The notes under the pieces were generated by a model, which did not search any database, was not told the origin of the DNA, and was given only the letters and a program-made list of their open reading frames with translations. Shown in pieces: positions 41,444-52,699 of a stretch of 64,000 bases of DNA. The stretch is from Nitrosopumilus sp. (GTDB lineage Archaea; Thermoproteota; Nitrososphaeria; Nitrososphaerales; Nitrosopumilaceae). The stretch lies in contig CBDBGZ010000005.1 in assembly GCA_965205425.1 (NCBI GenBank), positions 1-64,000 on the forward strand, given 5' to 3'. The position numbers and the translations under genes were made by a program. How positions within the stretch are numbered: the stretch's first letter is position 1; each line of letters begins with the position of its first letter.

Positions 41444-42622
41444 CTAAGAGACATTTTGAATAATCATTTCTCCTACATTTTTGTAAGCTTCAGTTTCATC
41501 CACCTTTTCTATGTCAATAGGTATACTAACACGAATTTCATGATTAATTTCTCTTTTATCTACAATTTTTAAGGTTGTTTCTAAAGGAGGGTAAACATTT
41601 CCATTAAGATCTTTATAGAAAATTTTTAAGTCTAAATTTGTTAATTCTGCTTTAATCTCTGCAGAAATATTTGTTCCAGAATCAATTTGTAAATGTCTAC
41701 TAACATTACGAGAAAACATATCAGTTAATTTTTTTACAAGATAACCTTCCATGGTTCCATACAAGACATTCATGAATTTTTCTTGTTCAGATTCATCAAA
41801 ACTTTTAAGCCATTCAATAGCATCCTCGTTAATTTCTTTGTCTTGCTCTAATGATTTGACATACTCGACATCTCTTATTTTATCTTTAAAGACATCAAGA
41901 GCTCTAGTTAATGCAATTTTGTTAATTTTGAAATCTTTTTTGTCAGCATTTTCAAGATCTTCATCAAAAAATCCCTCTCGCAAAAATCCATGAAAAAGTC
42001 TATCCATAAGAGAAGAACCGCCTTCTGAAACAAGATCGCCTCCAATATTTGCTTCAATCCTTATTGAAATATCTCCAAATCCTTTGAATTTCAAATGTAT
42101 AGGCAAGGATGTTTCTTCAACATCATTCAAAGAAATACTATCAGGAATTTGTTGAAGATCTAGTTTGGGTCTAAAAATTCTAGCATATGTATACAATTTT
42201 GTTTCTGTATTATCAGGTTCAATTAATTTAATTGGAATTTTACTTTGAACAGCTAATTCATCGAATGGTTCTTTTGAGGAAATGGTAATTCCAAAATAAT
42301 CGTATTTAGATAATTTAGAACGACCAATGTCTAAAATTTCTAAAGTATTTTCTAATGATTTCATGTTGTCTACATTAATGGTACCCTCTACATCCATACA
42401 ATCAGGAAGAGAAATGAGGATTTTTGAAAAAAGTAATCCTTTTTGTAATTTAACATAAAATGTAATTTGTTCTTTAGGTAAAGCCCAAGGTGGAATTTCA
42501 ACTATGATTTTATCACTAGAAACATCTGGATTCATAGAATTATCACTCGACACAGGTATGTATGCATGTTGTTCACTTATCAAGGTTCTTGATAAGAAGT
42601 CCTCATAAATTAATATTTTCAT
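41444..42622 (-). CDS. Hypothetical protein (beta-rich, acidic)
   Basis: 392-aa ORF overlapping the downstream gene. Confidence 0.75.
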   Translation of the reverse strand: MKILIYEDFLSRTLISEQHAYIPVSSDNSMNPDVSSDKIIVEIPPWALPKEQITFYVKLQKGLLFSKILISLPDCMDVEGTINVDNMKSLENTLEILDIGRSKLSKYDYFGITISSKEPFDELAVQSKIPIKLIEPDNTETKLYTYARIFRPKLDLQQIPDSISLNDVEETSLPIHLKFKGFGDISIRIEANIGGDLVSEGGSSLMDRLFHGFLREGFFDEDLENADKKDFKINKIALTRALDVFKDKIRDVEYVKSLEQDKEINEDAIEWLKSFDESEQEKFMNVLYGTMEGYLVKKLTDMFSRNVSRHLQIDSGTNISAEIKAELTNLDLKIFYKDLNGNVYPPLETTLKIVDKREINHEIRVSIPIDIEKVDETEAYKNVGEMIIQNVS

Positions 42623-42693
42623 ATGAATTTACAAGAAATGTAAACAAATTTTAAAAATTAAGTTGCAATTTAAAGTAAAAATAATTATAAATC

Positions 42694-43158
42694 TTAAATT
42701 ATTTCTTGGCCTTCAGAAAACCATCTTAAAACAGGTTTCATATGAGATTTATCCTTAATATAAAAAATCATCAAAAGACCAAAAGCATAATTATAACTTT
42801 CAGAAGTTAATTCTTTTAATTTCATAATATCTTTTTCAATTTCCAGATTTCCATGTTTTTTAATTTCAATTACAAATAGATTATTTCTATCATTACCTCT
42901 TGAATGAATCACAATATCAGGAATAATAGGACTAGGTTCTGAACTCTCAGGATAAACCATTGTCTTAACATCAGAACCATGTCGATTATATTCACAGTCA
43001 GTATCAAATTCAGGAAATTCAGTTATCAAATAATTGGCAAAATTTTGAGAAATAGACCTTTCAGATACATTTTTGGTCAAAAGAGAAAAATCATTAGCAA
43101 AAAAATTATCAAGGCTGTTTTGTACAGCAGTTTGAATAAAATGAAAATCTACAGTCAT
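42694..43158 (-). CDS. PD-(D/E)xK nuclease-like protein
   Basis: SERS, DCEYNR, PDIVIH, VIEIKK. Confidence 0.75.
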   Translation of the reverse strand: MTVDFHFIQTAVQNSLDNFFANDFSLLTKNVSERSISQNFANYLITEFPEFDTDCEYNRHGSDVKTMVYPESSEPSPIIPDIVIHSRGNDRNNLFVIEIKKHGNLEIEKDIMKLKELTSESYNYAFGLLMIFYIKDKSHMKPVLRWFSEGQEII

Positions 43159-44180
43159 GTGTTAGATTCATCTTTGAATAGATCATCAGGAAGAATTGAA
43201 TTTCTAAAACTTTTTCTGGTTTTACCATCATAAATCTCATCAATCCATTTTCTAATTAAAACACTGCATAATGAAGCAAGATGTTGCTTAGTACGATTGT
43301 GAATACCATATTGATTACGATCTAAATCAAACTTTGACTTTAGATGTGCAATGTCATTACGTTGACCATAAACACCTCTCAAAAAAAGTCTAGATCGACC
43401 ACTTGTATCGCCAATATATTTTGGAATACGTTCTTGAATTTGTTTACTAATATTTTCTTCAAATGAAAACATAGATTCCAATATAGCAATATGAGAAGGA
43501 ATAGAATATACAAAATTTCTTCCTTCTTTTGCAGATTGATAAGTTAATAAAATATTTTTCAGGGTTCTTTTTGTTTTCATATCATCACGAATCAAAATGT
43601 CAGATACTTTATTAAAAAGTAAATCTGCTTGATTAAAATCATCTGAAGAGGCACTAAAAGAAAAAGGGAAATCTCTTAGTTCAACTTGTGCAATAGATTC
43701 CAATTCATGTTTATCATCATCAGAAAGTTCATTCAAAGTTATAGATGAATCAACATCTACACGTAACGGAATTAAATTTGAAATCATAGGCATAGCAGCC
43801 ATGTCAAACCCACATTCATGTATAGATTTTCCTTCAGGCAATTCAAGAGGGAAATTTTCTAATGAATCATCATGAGAAAGTTGAAAACAGGAAAGATACA
43901 TTTGTAATTTTTCTAATGGCTCTGAAGTTAACTTCCCAAATTCAGTTTCAAGTGAAAGTGAATTATTATCGGAGATAGATACATCAGAAAAAGATTTGGA
44001 TTTAACAGCTGCAATTGTAATATGTTTAATTTCATTTGTTGCTGCGTCATGTTGTCCACGAAAAATTTGTTTTACGGTAAAAGGAATAAAAATAATATCT
44101 TTAGTGTTAACTATTTTGCCAATTTCAAGATTGGCCAGAACAAATAAGCTGTATGATGTCAATAATGTACTCATGTACAC
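43155..44180 (-). CDS. HEPN-domain (ApeA-like) protein
   Basis: AILESMF...YGQRNDIAH (RxxxxH motif). Confidence 0.7.
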   Translation of the reverse strand: MYMSTLLTSYSLFVLANLEIGKIVNTKDIIFIPFTVKQIFRGQHDAATNEIKHITIAAVKSKSFSDVSISDNNSLSLETEFGKLTSEPLEKLQMYLSCFQLSHDDSLENFPLELPEGKSIHECGFDMAAMPMISNLIPLRVDVDSSITLNELSDDDKHELESIAQVELRDFPFSFSASSDDFNQADLLFNKVSDILIRDDMKTKRTLKNILLTYQSAKEGRNFVYSIPSHIAILESMFSFEENISKQIQERIPKYIGDTSGRSRLFLRGVYGQRNDIAHLKSKFDLDRNQYGIHNRTKQHLASLCSVLIRKWIDEIYDGKTRKSFRNSILPDDLFKDESNT

Positions 44181-44220
44181 CTATCTAATATTTTAAATCA
44201 TCATTACAATTCATACAATA

Positions 44221-45366
44221 TAGTTAAGGCATTAAATATTTGAATATTTTAACAACTCTAACATCACCATTATCTAGTCTCTTCTGCATGTGTTTTCTCA
44301 TCTCAGTTCCATTTGCAAAGAATGTATTGGCATTACCATTTTTCTCCTCTCTCCACTGTACCTCAATTGGATTGAGTTCTGGAGTGTATGCAGGAAAATA
44401 TCTAATTATTACTTTATTTTTTGGTGCTTTGAGAAATTCTTTTACTCTGAGACTTTTGTGGTATGATGCATTATCTGCAAATAATAACAGTTTCTTACCA
44501 AATTGTTTTTGTAGTGACTCTAAAAAATCAAGAAATGCGTCTGTGTTTGATTTATCATAGAATCTGCAAAAAAACACACCATCATCCCCCAATGCGCCAA
44601 ATGATTGAAACTTTTCTCGAGTATAGTTGATTTTGGTTTGTGTATTTTTTCCTTTTAGATACCAGCCTTTTTTGATATTTGGAGCTATCTTGTTTGTTGA
44701 CTCATCCAGACATAGTGTGGTGTATCCCAATTTGGAATATTTTTTGATACTCCTTTTTGCGTTTTTTTAAAACGGGTTTGTTCCTCTTTTGAGGCTGATT
44801 TGTGATGAGTCTGTCTTGGTTTTTTAGATGAGAATCCGATACGGTGCAGCAATTCACGCATTCCTCTTGCAGAGTATAGGATATTGTATTTTTTATTCAC
44901 ATGTGTAATTACCATTCTTGTACTCCACATGAATTGGTTAAATCCAAACTTTTCTGGACCTGAAATTAGATCATCTCTTAATGACACTAGTTGTTTTTTA
45001 TCTAAGAAACATCTAGAGCCAGAATATTTCTTGCGGTGTGATGCAGATATTCCTTCTCGGTTCATTTGGTTTAACCAATTACTAAGAGTTGATGGTATGA
45101 TATCAAGACTGATGCATATTTGAGAATATCTCATGTCTTGTTTGCGTAGAATTGCAGCCTTTAGTCTTATCTTTGCTTTTGCATTACGTTCATTTTTACA
45201 TGCTTTTCTCAAAAAATTAATGCTTGTACCTTTCATGAATTGATTTCCAGAGGAAACCTTGGATTGTCTTGTACTCTTTGACATGGTTTCATGAATTGAT
45301 TCTACGATCTAGATCTTTTGGGTTAAAATACTTGACAGTTTATTCAGAATTTATATGCCTAAACTA
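44221..45366 (-). mobile_element. Intact IS630 type B
   Basis: TIRs and TA duplication (44219-44220, 45367-45368). Confidence 0.93.
44224..45284 (-). CDS. IS630 transposase OrfA/OrfB with probable -1 frameshift
   Basis: TTTAAAAAAAC on the minus strand near 44761-44771; LDES, DNASYH, PELNPIE. Confidence 0.85.
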
Positions 45367-45703
45367 TACAATACTCCATCAGGATCTCTATCCCTCATCT
45401 TCTTTGGATGTCTACAATTAGATTTTAGTTTATTCTCAGAAGATAACTTCTGCTTCAATGTCTCCAAAAATTCAACATCAGTCTTTAAAGAATCAATTAA
45501 TGTAGAAGTGAGACTAGAGATTTTGTCGTCAGGCCATGATTTTATCTCATTTTCTAATCCTGAAACTAGTTGTTTTTTTCCATCAAGATAGATATCAATT
45601 CCTTTCAGGGTTTTTTTCAATGACATCGTGTGATGCGGGTGTTGTTATTTAAAAAAAAGTTGTCCTAAACTTGAATTTCGATTGTATATTATTAAGAATG
45701 AAA

Positions 45704-45787
45704 CGCAGAGAGAGGGATTTGAACCCCCGTATGCTTGCGCACACAGGCTCTCAAGGCCCGCGCCCTACCGAGCTAGGCGACCTCTGC
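45704..45787 (-). tRNA. tRNA-Ser(TGA)
   Basis: CGGGC-CTTGAGA-GCCTG anticodon arm, long variable arm, GTTCAAATCC, G discriminator. Confidence 0.93.
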
Positions 45788-45906
45788 AAAAATTGTTTGA
45801 TAGTAGTGATTAAAATCTGTTCGGCTAAAATAATAAAAAGTGTTCAAATATCTTTAGTACATAAGATCAGTTTAAGTCAACGTGTTCAGAGTCACATTAA
45901 TTTAGA

Positions 45907-46227
45907 TTATTTGTTTAATCCATCTCTAATCATATCTGCCACATGATTAATTTGAGATTTCATAAATTCAACATTTTCCGAAGACATTGGGACATTATAT
46001 TTTTCATTCCAATAATGATTGAATTCGTTAAATATTGAACCTACTAACATGCCTAAACCAAAATCATCAGGTTTTTTAATTGAAAATATTTCTGTTAAAG
46101 GCCAATCACGGGCTATTTTTTTGAATTGGTGGCCCTGAACAAGTGCATGCCCCATAATTAAAATTAATTTGTCTAGATCTTCTTTTGTCCATTTTTTTGA
46201 ATCTTTAGACATCATGACATATTTCAA
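45907..46227 (-). CDS. Hypothetical protein
   Basis: ORF co-oriented with neighbours. Confidence 0.6.
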   Translation of the reverse strand: MKYVMMSKDSKKWTKEDLDKLILIMGHALVQGHQFKKIARDWPLTEIFSIKKPDDFGLGMLVGSIFNEFNHYWNEKYNVPMSSENVEFMKSQINHVADMIRDGLNK

Positions 46228-46286
46228 ACAACATTACTATTTCACTCTTCATATTTTTGGAAAAATTAGAATTTATGCCGTCTTTT

Positions 46287-46541
46287 TCAAAAAGTCTTTT
46301 TTAATTTAGTTAGATAATATTCTCTTTGGTTTTTTAGAATTTTTTCTCGATTTTCCTCTTGGTATTTTTTTCTTTTTATTAAAATTTTTGTTTTGTTTTT
46401 TTGATATGTTCTTTTTGCGATCATTTTTTCTTTTTCAGGATTTCTCTTTCTCCAATTTTGCATGTAATGTATTTTGCAATATCCTTTAGCATTAACTTCT
46501 TCATTACAATTTTCAACTAAACATATCTTATGCATTATCAT
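46287..46541 (-). CDS. Small basic Cys/His zinc-finger protein
   Basis: CLVENC...KGYCKIHY followed by Lys-rich helices. Confidence 0.6.
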   Translation of the reverse strand: MIMHKICLVENCNEEVNAKGYCKIHYMQNWRKRNPEKEKMIAKRTYQKNKTKILIKRKKYQEENREKILKNQREYYLTKLKKTF

Positions 46542-46607
46542 ATCGGTAAATCTTTACATGTATTTTTTTGTTTCAATGTATCAGATCATCACATAATAGT
46601 TAAAAAT

Positions 46608-48938
46608 TTACAAGGATTGTAATTCTAAGATAAATTCTTCAATTGTGTTTTTACTCACTAAACGGAATAGATAATTTTCAGGAGTAATTTGTTGCCATTT
46701 TTCACCTAGTTTATTCTTGTATTCGGTATCCGCATTTGTGAGTAACGCTGCTCCTTTGTATTCCAATAAGATGTAATTCCCCTTCTTAGTCTTTACAATA
46801 AAATCAGGATAAAACTTGTTACGATGCCAGCCTTGAAGATAAATTGCCTCTTTTTTTTTCTCAGGGCACCTATACCACCACAAAATATTATCTAGACAAT
46901 CAACTTTTAGTGCAAGAGTACGTTCTTCAGAATTTAATTTACCTGCCATTTCATAGAGATGATTATTAAATACATCTTCACAGAGATTATCTATAGTAAC
47001 TTTTTCAGGCAAGTTCAAAAATTCTTTATCTAGAAAAATTTTTTTATTTTTTACCATTTGTTCAAATTTAATTTTAGCTACATTTTCTTCTAGAGTATCA
47101 AGATAATTTTCAACAACGGATTTAAGTTTAAAACAGTTTACCGAAAGTTCAGATAAAGAATAATCTTTTTTTTCAATAAGGAAATTGATAAGAGAAGTGA
47201 AAAAAATTCTTTTTTCGTCTTGAGAGTATTCTTTTCGTAATACTTTTTTGTCAAGCCAAAATAATAGATCTTCTTTTGAAAAATCTTTGTGTGTTGGTAC
47301 AATGGGTAATTTTGTTTGTTCTGAACGAACAAATTCTGAATTAACAGTTACATCAATTTTTTGTACTCTATTATCATCATAATACAAATCAAAATTTTCG
47401 GGTAGTTTTTGCTTTGTTAATTCAAATTCACTCCCTATAAGATCCTCAAAAAATTCAAGTTTTCTATAATCACCATCATCTACTGCAAAAAAGGGGATTT
47501 TGATATCTTTATCTGATTTGACTTTTTGGAAAACATTGATCTTTTTTATTGTGGTAGAAAATTCATCAGTTAATTCTCTGAAATCATTTGCAGAATATCC
47601 ATTTTTAATTAATCCTGCTTCAAGATTTTTTGCGGCATCAAGAAAATTATTTGACGAAGTATAGACATATGAACAATTTAATTCCTCATGTTTTTTCTCT
47701 TTGACGTGTGGTAATCTAAGAATTCTTCCTATTACTTGTTCTACAGCAATTTTTGCACCAATATTTGCAACTGAAATCAATACGTATGCAAATGCATTAT
47801 CCCATCCTTCCTGTAATGCAGCTACGGTAATGATGTATTTGATAGGACAATCTTTTTCAAAAATATCATTACCCCATACCGTTAGATCATCTTGATCACT
47901 AGTTCGGATGGCAATTTCAGGATCAGTAATATTACAATCTTTTTTTAGAAATTCAACAATTTTTTGCACATGAACTGTATTAGGATCTGTTTTTGAAACA
48001 GGTTGAGCTTGAATTAATGCAATTGGTCGAATGTATTCACCTTTTTCTTTTTCTGCAATTTTTTCAAGTTTGATTCTTTCTGATACACCATCACGAATTG
48101 TTTGTTGCCAAGGAGTGATATTTTTTAACCAAATAGGTATTTTGACCATTTTTTCTTCTTTGAGTTCAGCGCCAGTTACTGTAACAAGCACATTACTTTC
48201 ATCCATCGGAGTTGCAGTATATTCTATCACAAATACAGGATTCATAGATCTAAACATTTCTGTAGTTAGTGGAGTTTTCACATGATGTCCTTCATCGGCA
48301 ACAATCACCGGGTTAGACATTCTAACTACATTCATCAAAGAGACGATAGTTTGTTTATTCTCATCTTTTTCTAATGTTTTATCCAGATCTTCTGGAATGT
48401 CTTCAAAATGTTCTAAAAGACTTCCATTTTCACCATAAACTTTTCTAGATTCCTTATTATCTTTTGAACTTTTGAAAGCACTTACAGTAGAAACTATTAT
48501 GCAAAGATTATTTTCAATATCAGATTTTTTTATTGATAATGCTTCTTTGACACTAAGGATCAAAATATTATTTGAGAACTTTCTATCAAGTATTTTTCGA
48601 TAGGGATGATTTCTATCCTGTAATGCATTAATTGTCTGAGTTTTAATGGCAGTTGTAGGTACCAACCATAATACTACACCTTTTTGATTTCTTGATTCAA
48701 CAAATTTTTCATAAACTGAATTTAGTAGATGGCATGCAACTAGCGTTTTCCCACCGCCCGTAGGAATTTTAATACAAACGTAAGGAACTTTGTCTAATCC
48801 TTGTGGGTTATACTTTCTATCGGTTAACGTATAAAATCCAATATCATGTCCTTTTTCTGCACCATATTGTCGGATACTATCCAAATAAGATTCAAATTCT
48901 TGGACAGCTCTTTTCTGATATTCTTTTAATTCCAACAT
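46608..48938 (-). CDS. res: Type III restriction subunit
   Basis: PTGGGKT, DEGHH, YTATP, EGWD, EQVIGRILR, FYPDF...LEYKG. Confidence 0.92.
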   Translation of the reverse strand: MLELKEYQKRAVQEFESYLDSIRQYGAEKGHDIGFYTLTDRKYNPQGLDKVPYVCIKIPTGGGKTLVACHLLNSVYEKFVESRNQKGVVLWLVPTTAIKTQTINALQDRNHPYRKILDRKFSNNILILSVKEALSIKKSDIENNLCIIVSTVSAFKSSKDNKESRKVYGENGSLLEHFEDIPEDLDKTLEKDENKQTIVSLMNVVRMSNPVIVADEGHHVKTPLTTEMFRSMNPVFVIEYTATPMDESNVLVTVTGAELKEEKMVKIPIWLKNITPWQQTIRDGVSERIKLEKIAEKEKGEYIRPIALIQAQPVSKTDPNTVHVQKIVEFLKKDCNITDPEIAIRTSDQDDLTVWGNDIFEKDCPIKYIITVAALQEGWDNAFAYVLISVANIGAKIAVEQVIGRILRLPHVKEKKHEELNCSYVYTSSNNFLDAAKNLEAGLIKNGYSANDFRELTDEFSTTIKKINVFQKVKSDKDIKIPFFAVDDGDYRKLEFFEDLIGSEFELTKQKLPENFDLYYDDNRVQKIDVTVNSEFVRSEQTKLPIVPTHKDFSKEDLLFWLDKKVLRKEYSQDEKRIFFTSLINFLIEKKDYSLSELSVNCFKLKSVVENYLDTLEENVAKIKFEQMVKNKKIFLDKEFLNLPEKVTIDNLCEDVFNNHLYEMAGKLNSEERTLALKVDCLDNILWWYRCPEKKKEAIYLQGWHRNKFYPDFIVKTKKGNYILLEYKGAALLTNADTEYKNKLGEKWQQITPENYLFRLVSKNTIEEFILELQSL

Positions 48939-50668
48939 TAGAATTCTTTTACCTCATATGGGATCTGCCTAAATAATGTATTATGTTGTTCTAAAATATC
49001 ATCAGATACAGTACATTTATCTGAATAAATTATTTTATTTGTATGGCTGTCAACACTTGTAAGAAATTTTCTATCAAGCCTGTTTTGACCAATTCCTTTG
49101 AAAATTAGATAGTATTCAGTATCATTATGAGTCCCAATTAATGATTTGTTAATCTTCTTTTTATCAAGAATAGTTTTTGTTTCTTCAAAATAGATGTAAG
49201 ATGCTAGATCCTCATAAGTACAATCTTCATTAATTCGTCCATCAGAATTAAACAGTTTTTTGTCTAATACTGCATATTGGAATCCGCCTCCCGCCCCTGT
49301 TCTTTTTCCAGATATTTCATTAGTCATATACAGCGACAAGGTATTATTTTCAAATTTTAAGTCAAAATCTTCTGAATTTCCATTTTTTTTAAGATTTTCA
49401 AAATGATCCAATATTGGATCAATATTTTTTAGATCATCTACAGAGAGTTTTTTTTCAAATATTAAATTCAAATCTTTGCCTTTAAAGGAATATCCATTGA
49501 TTACTTTTTTTACTCGCTTAGAAGTAATGTCTCTACAAATTTCATGTTCTAATTCAATTAGAATGAATTTTCTATTACCACCTTCTTCCTTGTTTAATTC
49601 AAGTACTGCATGAGCAGTAGTACCAGAGCCTGCAAAAGAATCTAAAATTATATCATCTTGGGTGGTAGAGATTCTAATTATCTTTTTTAATAATTCTTTT
49701 GGTTTTGGAGTTTCAAATAATTTTTTTCCAAAAATTTCTTTTAATTCTTTTGAAGCTGTTCTTGTAGTTCCAACATCTTTGCCAAACCATATTGTTTCAG
49801 GTGCTCTTCCATGAACATTTTTTAAATGAATTTTTCTAGTAATCGTTGTTTCGGTTTTATTAAAAAACACCTCACCAGTTAGAATTTTTGAATCCATTGT
49901 AGTCTTTTCCCATCGCCATCCATTAGGTGGCGGTTTAATTATTTTTCCAGAGGGAGTGACAATATCATATATGCAATTTTTACGATATTCAGAATTTCTA
50001 ACATCCCCAGTTCTCCAATCACCCTCAGGATCATTATCAGGATTTGAATAATTTTTATTATCTTCTTCTGTACGTTCAGTGATTTTTAGTTTGAATTGGT
50101 CTGTTTTTCTGTAACATAAAATATGATTATGATGAATTGAAAATTTGTCAACATATCCTTTGGGCTGTAAACTATGTTGCCATATAATATTAGCCAGAAA
50201 ATTTTCTTCATAAAAAATTTGATCCATTATTAATTTTAGATTATATAGTTCTCCAGTGTCACGTACAGCTTTATCATTAATACTAACAAAAATTACTCCA
50301 TCATCTGATAGTAACTCCCTTAATAATTTTAAACGAGGATACATCATACAAATCCATTTGTCATGACGAGTAAGATCATCAATGCCTACTTCGGAATCAA
50401 GCCATTTTTTGATAGCAGGTGATTTTACATTGTCATTGTAACGCCAATGTTCATTTCCAGTATTGTAAGGTGGATCTATGAAAACACATTTGATTTTATT
50501 TTGGTAATGTGGCAATAGTGCCTTTAATGCCTCAAGGTTATCCCCTTCAATAATTAGATTTTCTGAATCGCCTACAGATTTTGGTTTATTCTTTTTTAAT
50601 AATCGAAATGGAACATCTTTATCATGATTTACAACAGCATCCTTACCGATCCAATTTAGTAATGGCAT
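48938..50668 (-). CDS. mod: Type III modification methyltransferase
   Basis: EGDNL, IDPPYNTG, FETPKP, LDSFAGSGTT. Confidence 0.95.
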   Translation of the reverse strand: MPLLNWIGKDAVVNHDKDVPFRLLKKNKPKSVGDSENLIIEGDNLEALKALLPHYQNKIKCVFIDPPYNTGNEHWRYNDNVKSPAIKKWLDSEVGIDDLTRHDKWICMMYPRLKLLRELLSDDGVIFVSINDKAVRDTGELYNLKLIMDQIFYEENFLANIIWQHSLQPKGYVDKFSIHHNHILCYRKTDQFKLKITERTEEDNKNYSNPDNDPEGDWRTGDVRNSEYRKNCIYDIVTPSGKIIKPPPNGWRWEKTTMDSKILTGEVFFNKTETTITRKIHLKNVHGRAPETIWFGKDVGTTRTASKELKEIFGKKLFETPKPKELLKKIIRISTTQDDIILDSFAGSGTTAHAVLELNKEEGGNRKFILIELEHEICRDITSKRVKKVINGYSFKGKDLNLIFEKKLSVDDLKNIDPILDHFENLKKNGNSEDFDLKFENNTLSLYMTNEISGKRTGAGGGFQYAVLDKKLFNSDGRINEDCTYEDLASYIYFEETKTILDKKKINKSLIGTHNDTEYYLIFKGIGQNRLDRKFLTSVDSHTNKIIYSDKCTVSDDILEQHNTLFRQIPYEVKEF

Positions 50669-50948
50669 CTAAATGAGATAAGAATGTCGTGTTAATATTT
50701 TATTATTTTCTATGGTTAAATTGAGTTTCAAGGCTATTATACTGCAATATACTATTACAAATACTCACGATTAATGTGTATGACTCAATTTATTGCAGAT
50801 GTAATTTCAACGGGATTATTTAGATAATCAATTTTGAAATGGATCTGTCAAGTCCCACATTCTAAATTAAATTCAATTCGGTTCCAAAAGCATTAGCTAA
50901 CAATGACTAGCTAAATTCCAAGATTATTGTCAAAATGGCAATAAGGAA

Positions 50949-51751
50949 TTATTTCTCAAGAGATTTCAGATGTTGGAGAAACGCCATAGTATTTCGGATT
51001 TTTACAGTGTGTTCAACATTGTTTGTATCTAACATCATATTTCTAAAAATAGCATCAATAGATTTAGAAAAATCCATTTTTTCGGATACACTATATTTCT
51101 TATAGAGACCGTCAGGCTCAAGAATAGTATTTTTAGTTCTCGTATAATCTGCAAGCATGTTTAATGCAATTCCATTTTTTTCTGGACCTATTTTTAACGG
51201 GACATCATAATCAACAAAATTTTTAACAATCTTAGCATTTACCAGTTTTTTAAGATGTATGATTTTATATGCAGATGGAGTTAATGAAATTCCAATCCAA
51301 TTAGGTAGTTCATAATACTCAGCAGCATCTATCAATGCATCACCCATTATGGAATTATCATCTTCCAAAAAATCACCAAAGGATATACTACCTCTAAAAG
51401 GAATTCCTAGGCTTAACGCACAACTAGAAAAAAAACCAGCATATGAAGATGCAATACTAAGTAGATCATATCTTTCGTCTAGTTCAGATTTCAGCATTCC
51501 TAAATCAGTATGAGCATGAGAGACAGTAATGAGTAAGGTATCAGAAAAGGATTTTACTTTTATTTTAAAACTTCCAAATTCGTCTTCAGTAACACCTTCA
51601 GTAATCTTGATTAATTCATTCCATTGATTGAACCATTGTAAACGATCAATGATATCAGGTATTTTTTCCATCGTGCTTTAGAACCCAAAGCATCTAACAG
51701 TATAACAGCTCCATGATTGTCAATGTTTACATAAGAAGCGGCAGAATTCAA
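50949..51751 (-). pseudogene. Class III nucleotide-cyclase-like gene with a 1-bp frameshift
   Basis: VILLDALG in the upstream frame; FSDT, FRGSISFG and GDALIDA downstream; shift at T6 51662-51667. Confidence 0.65.
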
Positions 51752-51936
51752 TACATTGTTTTGGTTTAGAAGTATTTGAATTATTAATCAGTAGCAAGTT
51801 CAAACATAATTAGAAAAATATTCTCAAAGAATCTAACTAAAAATACTTTCTAGTTTATGAAAAGTTTAGCTTTCCATTATTAGCTAAACAACACGTCGAG
51901 ACAAAGATATATGAAAATCATGTAGTATGAATTAGA

Positions 51937-52653
51937 TTGTCAAGAAATCATCATATTTCAGGCGACAATGCAATTGACCGCATACTCACAACAACGGTTC
52001 TATGGATTTTAATCCCATTCGTAGTACATTTTCTAAATTATATCAGGATTGCAATAAACAACATACCCACAATACATGCACCATACGAACAAGTTCAATA
52101 TCAAAATGAGTTTTTTCAATGGTACGTTAATGCAATTAATCTTTTAAAACCAAGTTGGGAAATGGCACTACTTCATCTAGCACTTGTTCTGTTTGGTGTT
52201 GCAATGACATGGGTTTCATTGAGAGGTATTCTTCGACCCATTTACACAATTTTAGGGATAATTTTTGCAATTTGGTTATCTAATTTTATTGGATTAGACG
52301 CAATGCTCATAGATTTCCCTTTGAATGATGATATGGATACAATGAATGAAAAAGAAATAGAGCAAACAAAAGAAAAAGAAGATGACGGTAAACTAGTCTG
52401 TCACAATACAAATTCATTAGAAATTAATCAAATTTTATCACAATATGAAATTTCTAAAATAATTACATACAATTGTAATTTAGATATTGACAGTGTAGGA
52501 AACAGCACTTTGACTTGTCCAAATTCATGGCCAGCAAAATATCAATTTACAAACATACAATCATTTCAAACCACATCTGCAAATTTGTTAGTTACAGAGC
52601 AAGGGAATATGATTCAGTTCAAACTATTAGGAAATTCCTTAACGTGTAATTAA
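51937..52653 (+). CDS. Membrane hypothetical protein (3 TM)
   Basis: Three hydrophobic stretches followed by a Cys-containing domain. Confidence 0.65.
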   Translation: MSRNHHISGDNAIDRILTTTVLWILIPFVVHFLNYIRIAINNIPTIHAPYEQVQYQNEFFQWYVNAINLLKPSWEMALLHLALVLFGVAMTWVSLRGILRPIYTILGIIFAIWLSNFIGLDAMLIDFPLNDDMDTMNEKEIEQTKEKEDDGKLVCHNTNSLEINQILSQYEISKIITYNCNLDIDSVGNSTLTCPNSWPAKYQFTNIQSFQTTSANLLVTEQGNMIQFKLLGNSLTCN

Positions 52654-52699
52654 TTATAAATTATTCAAATATTCTTCGAGCCAAATTGGCTCAGAGAAA

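Larger units (their letters stand above)
39509..41454 (-). pseudogene. ~310-aa hypothetical gene interrupted by IS5
   Basis: Removing the IS joins ...SLKNP to KKLEEIWTELQ...MFGLK in frame. Confidence 0.85.
44185..45626 (-). pseudogene. Small zinc-ribbon protein gene interrupted by IS630-B
   Basis: Rejoined C-terminus CRHPKK...GVLYCMNCNDDLKY*. Confidence 0.75.

Noticed and set aside
45671..45946. 91-aa ORF over tRNA-Ser
   Set aside because: Antisense shadow of the tRNA
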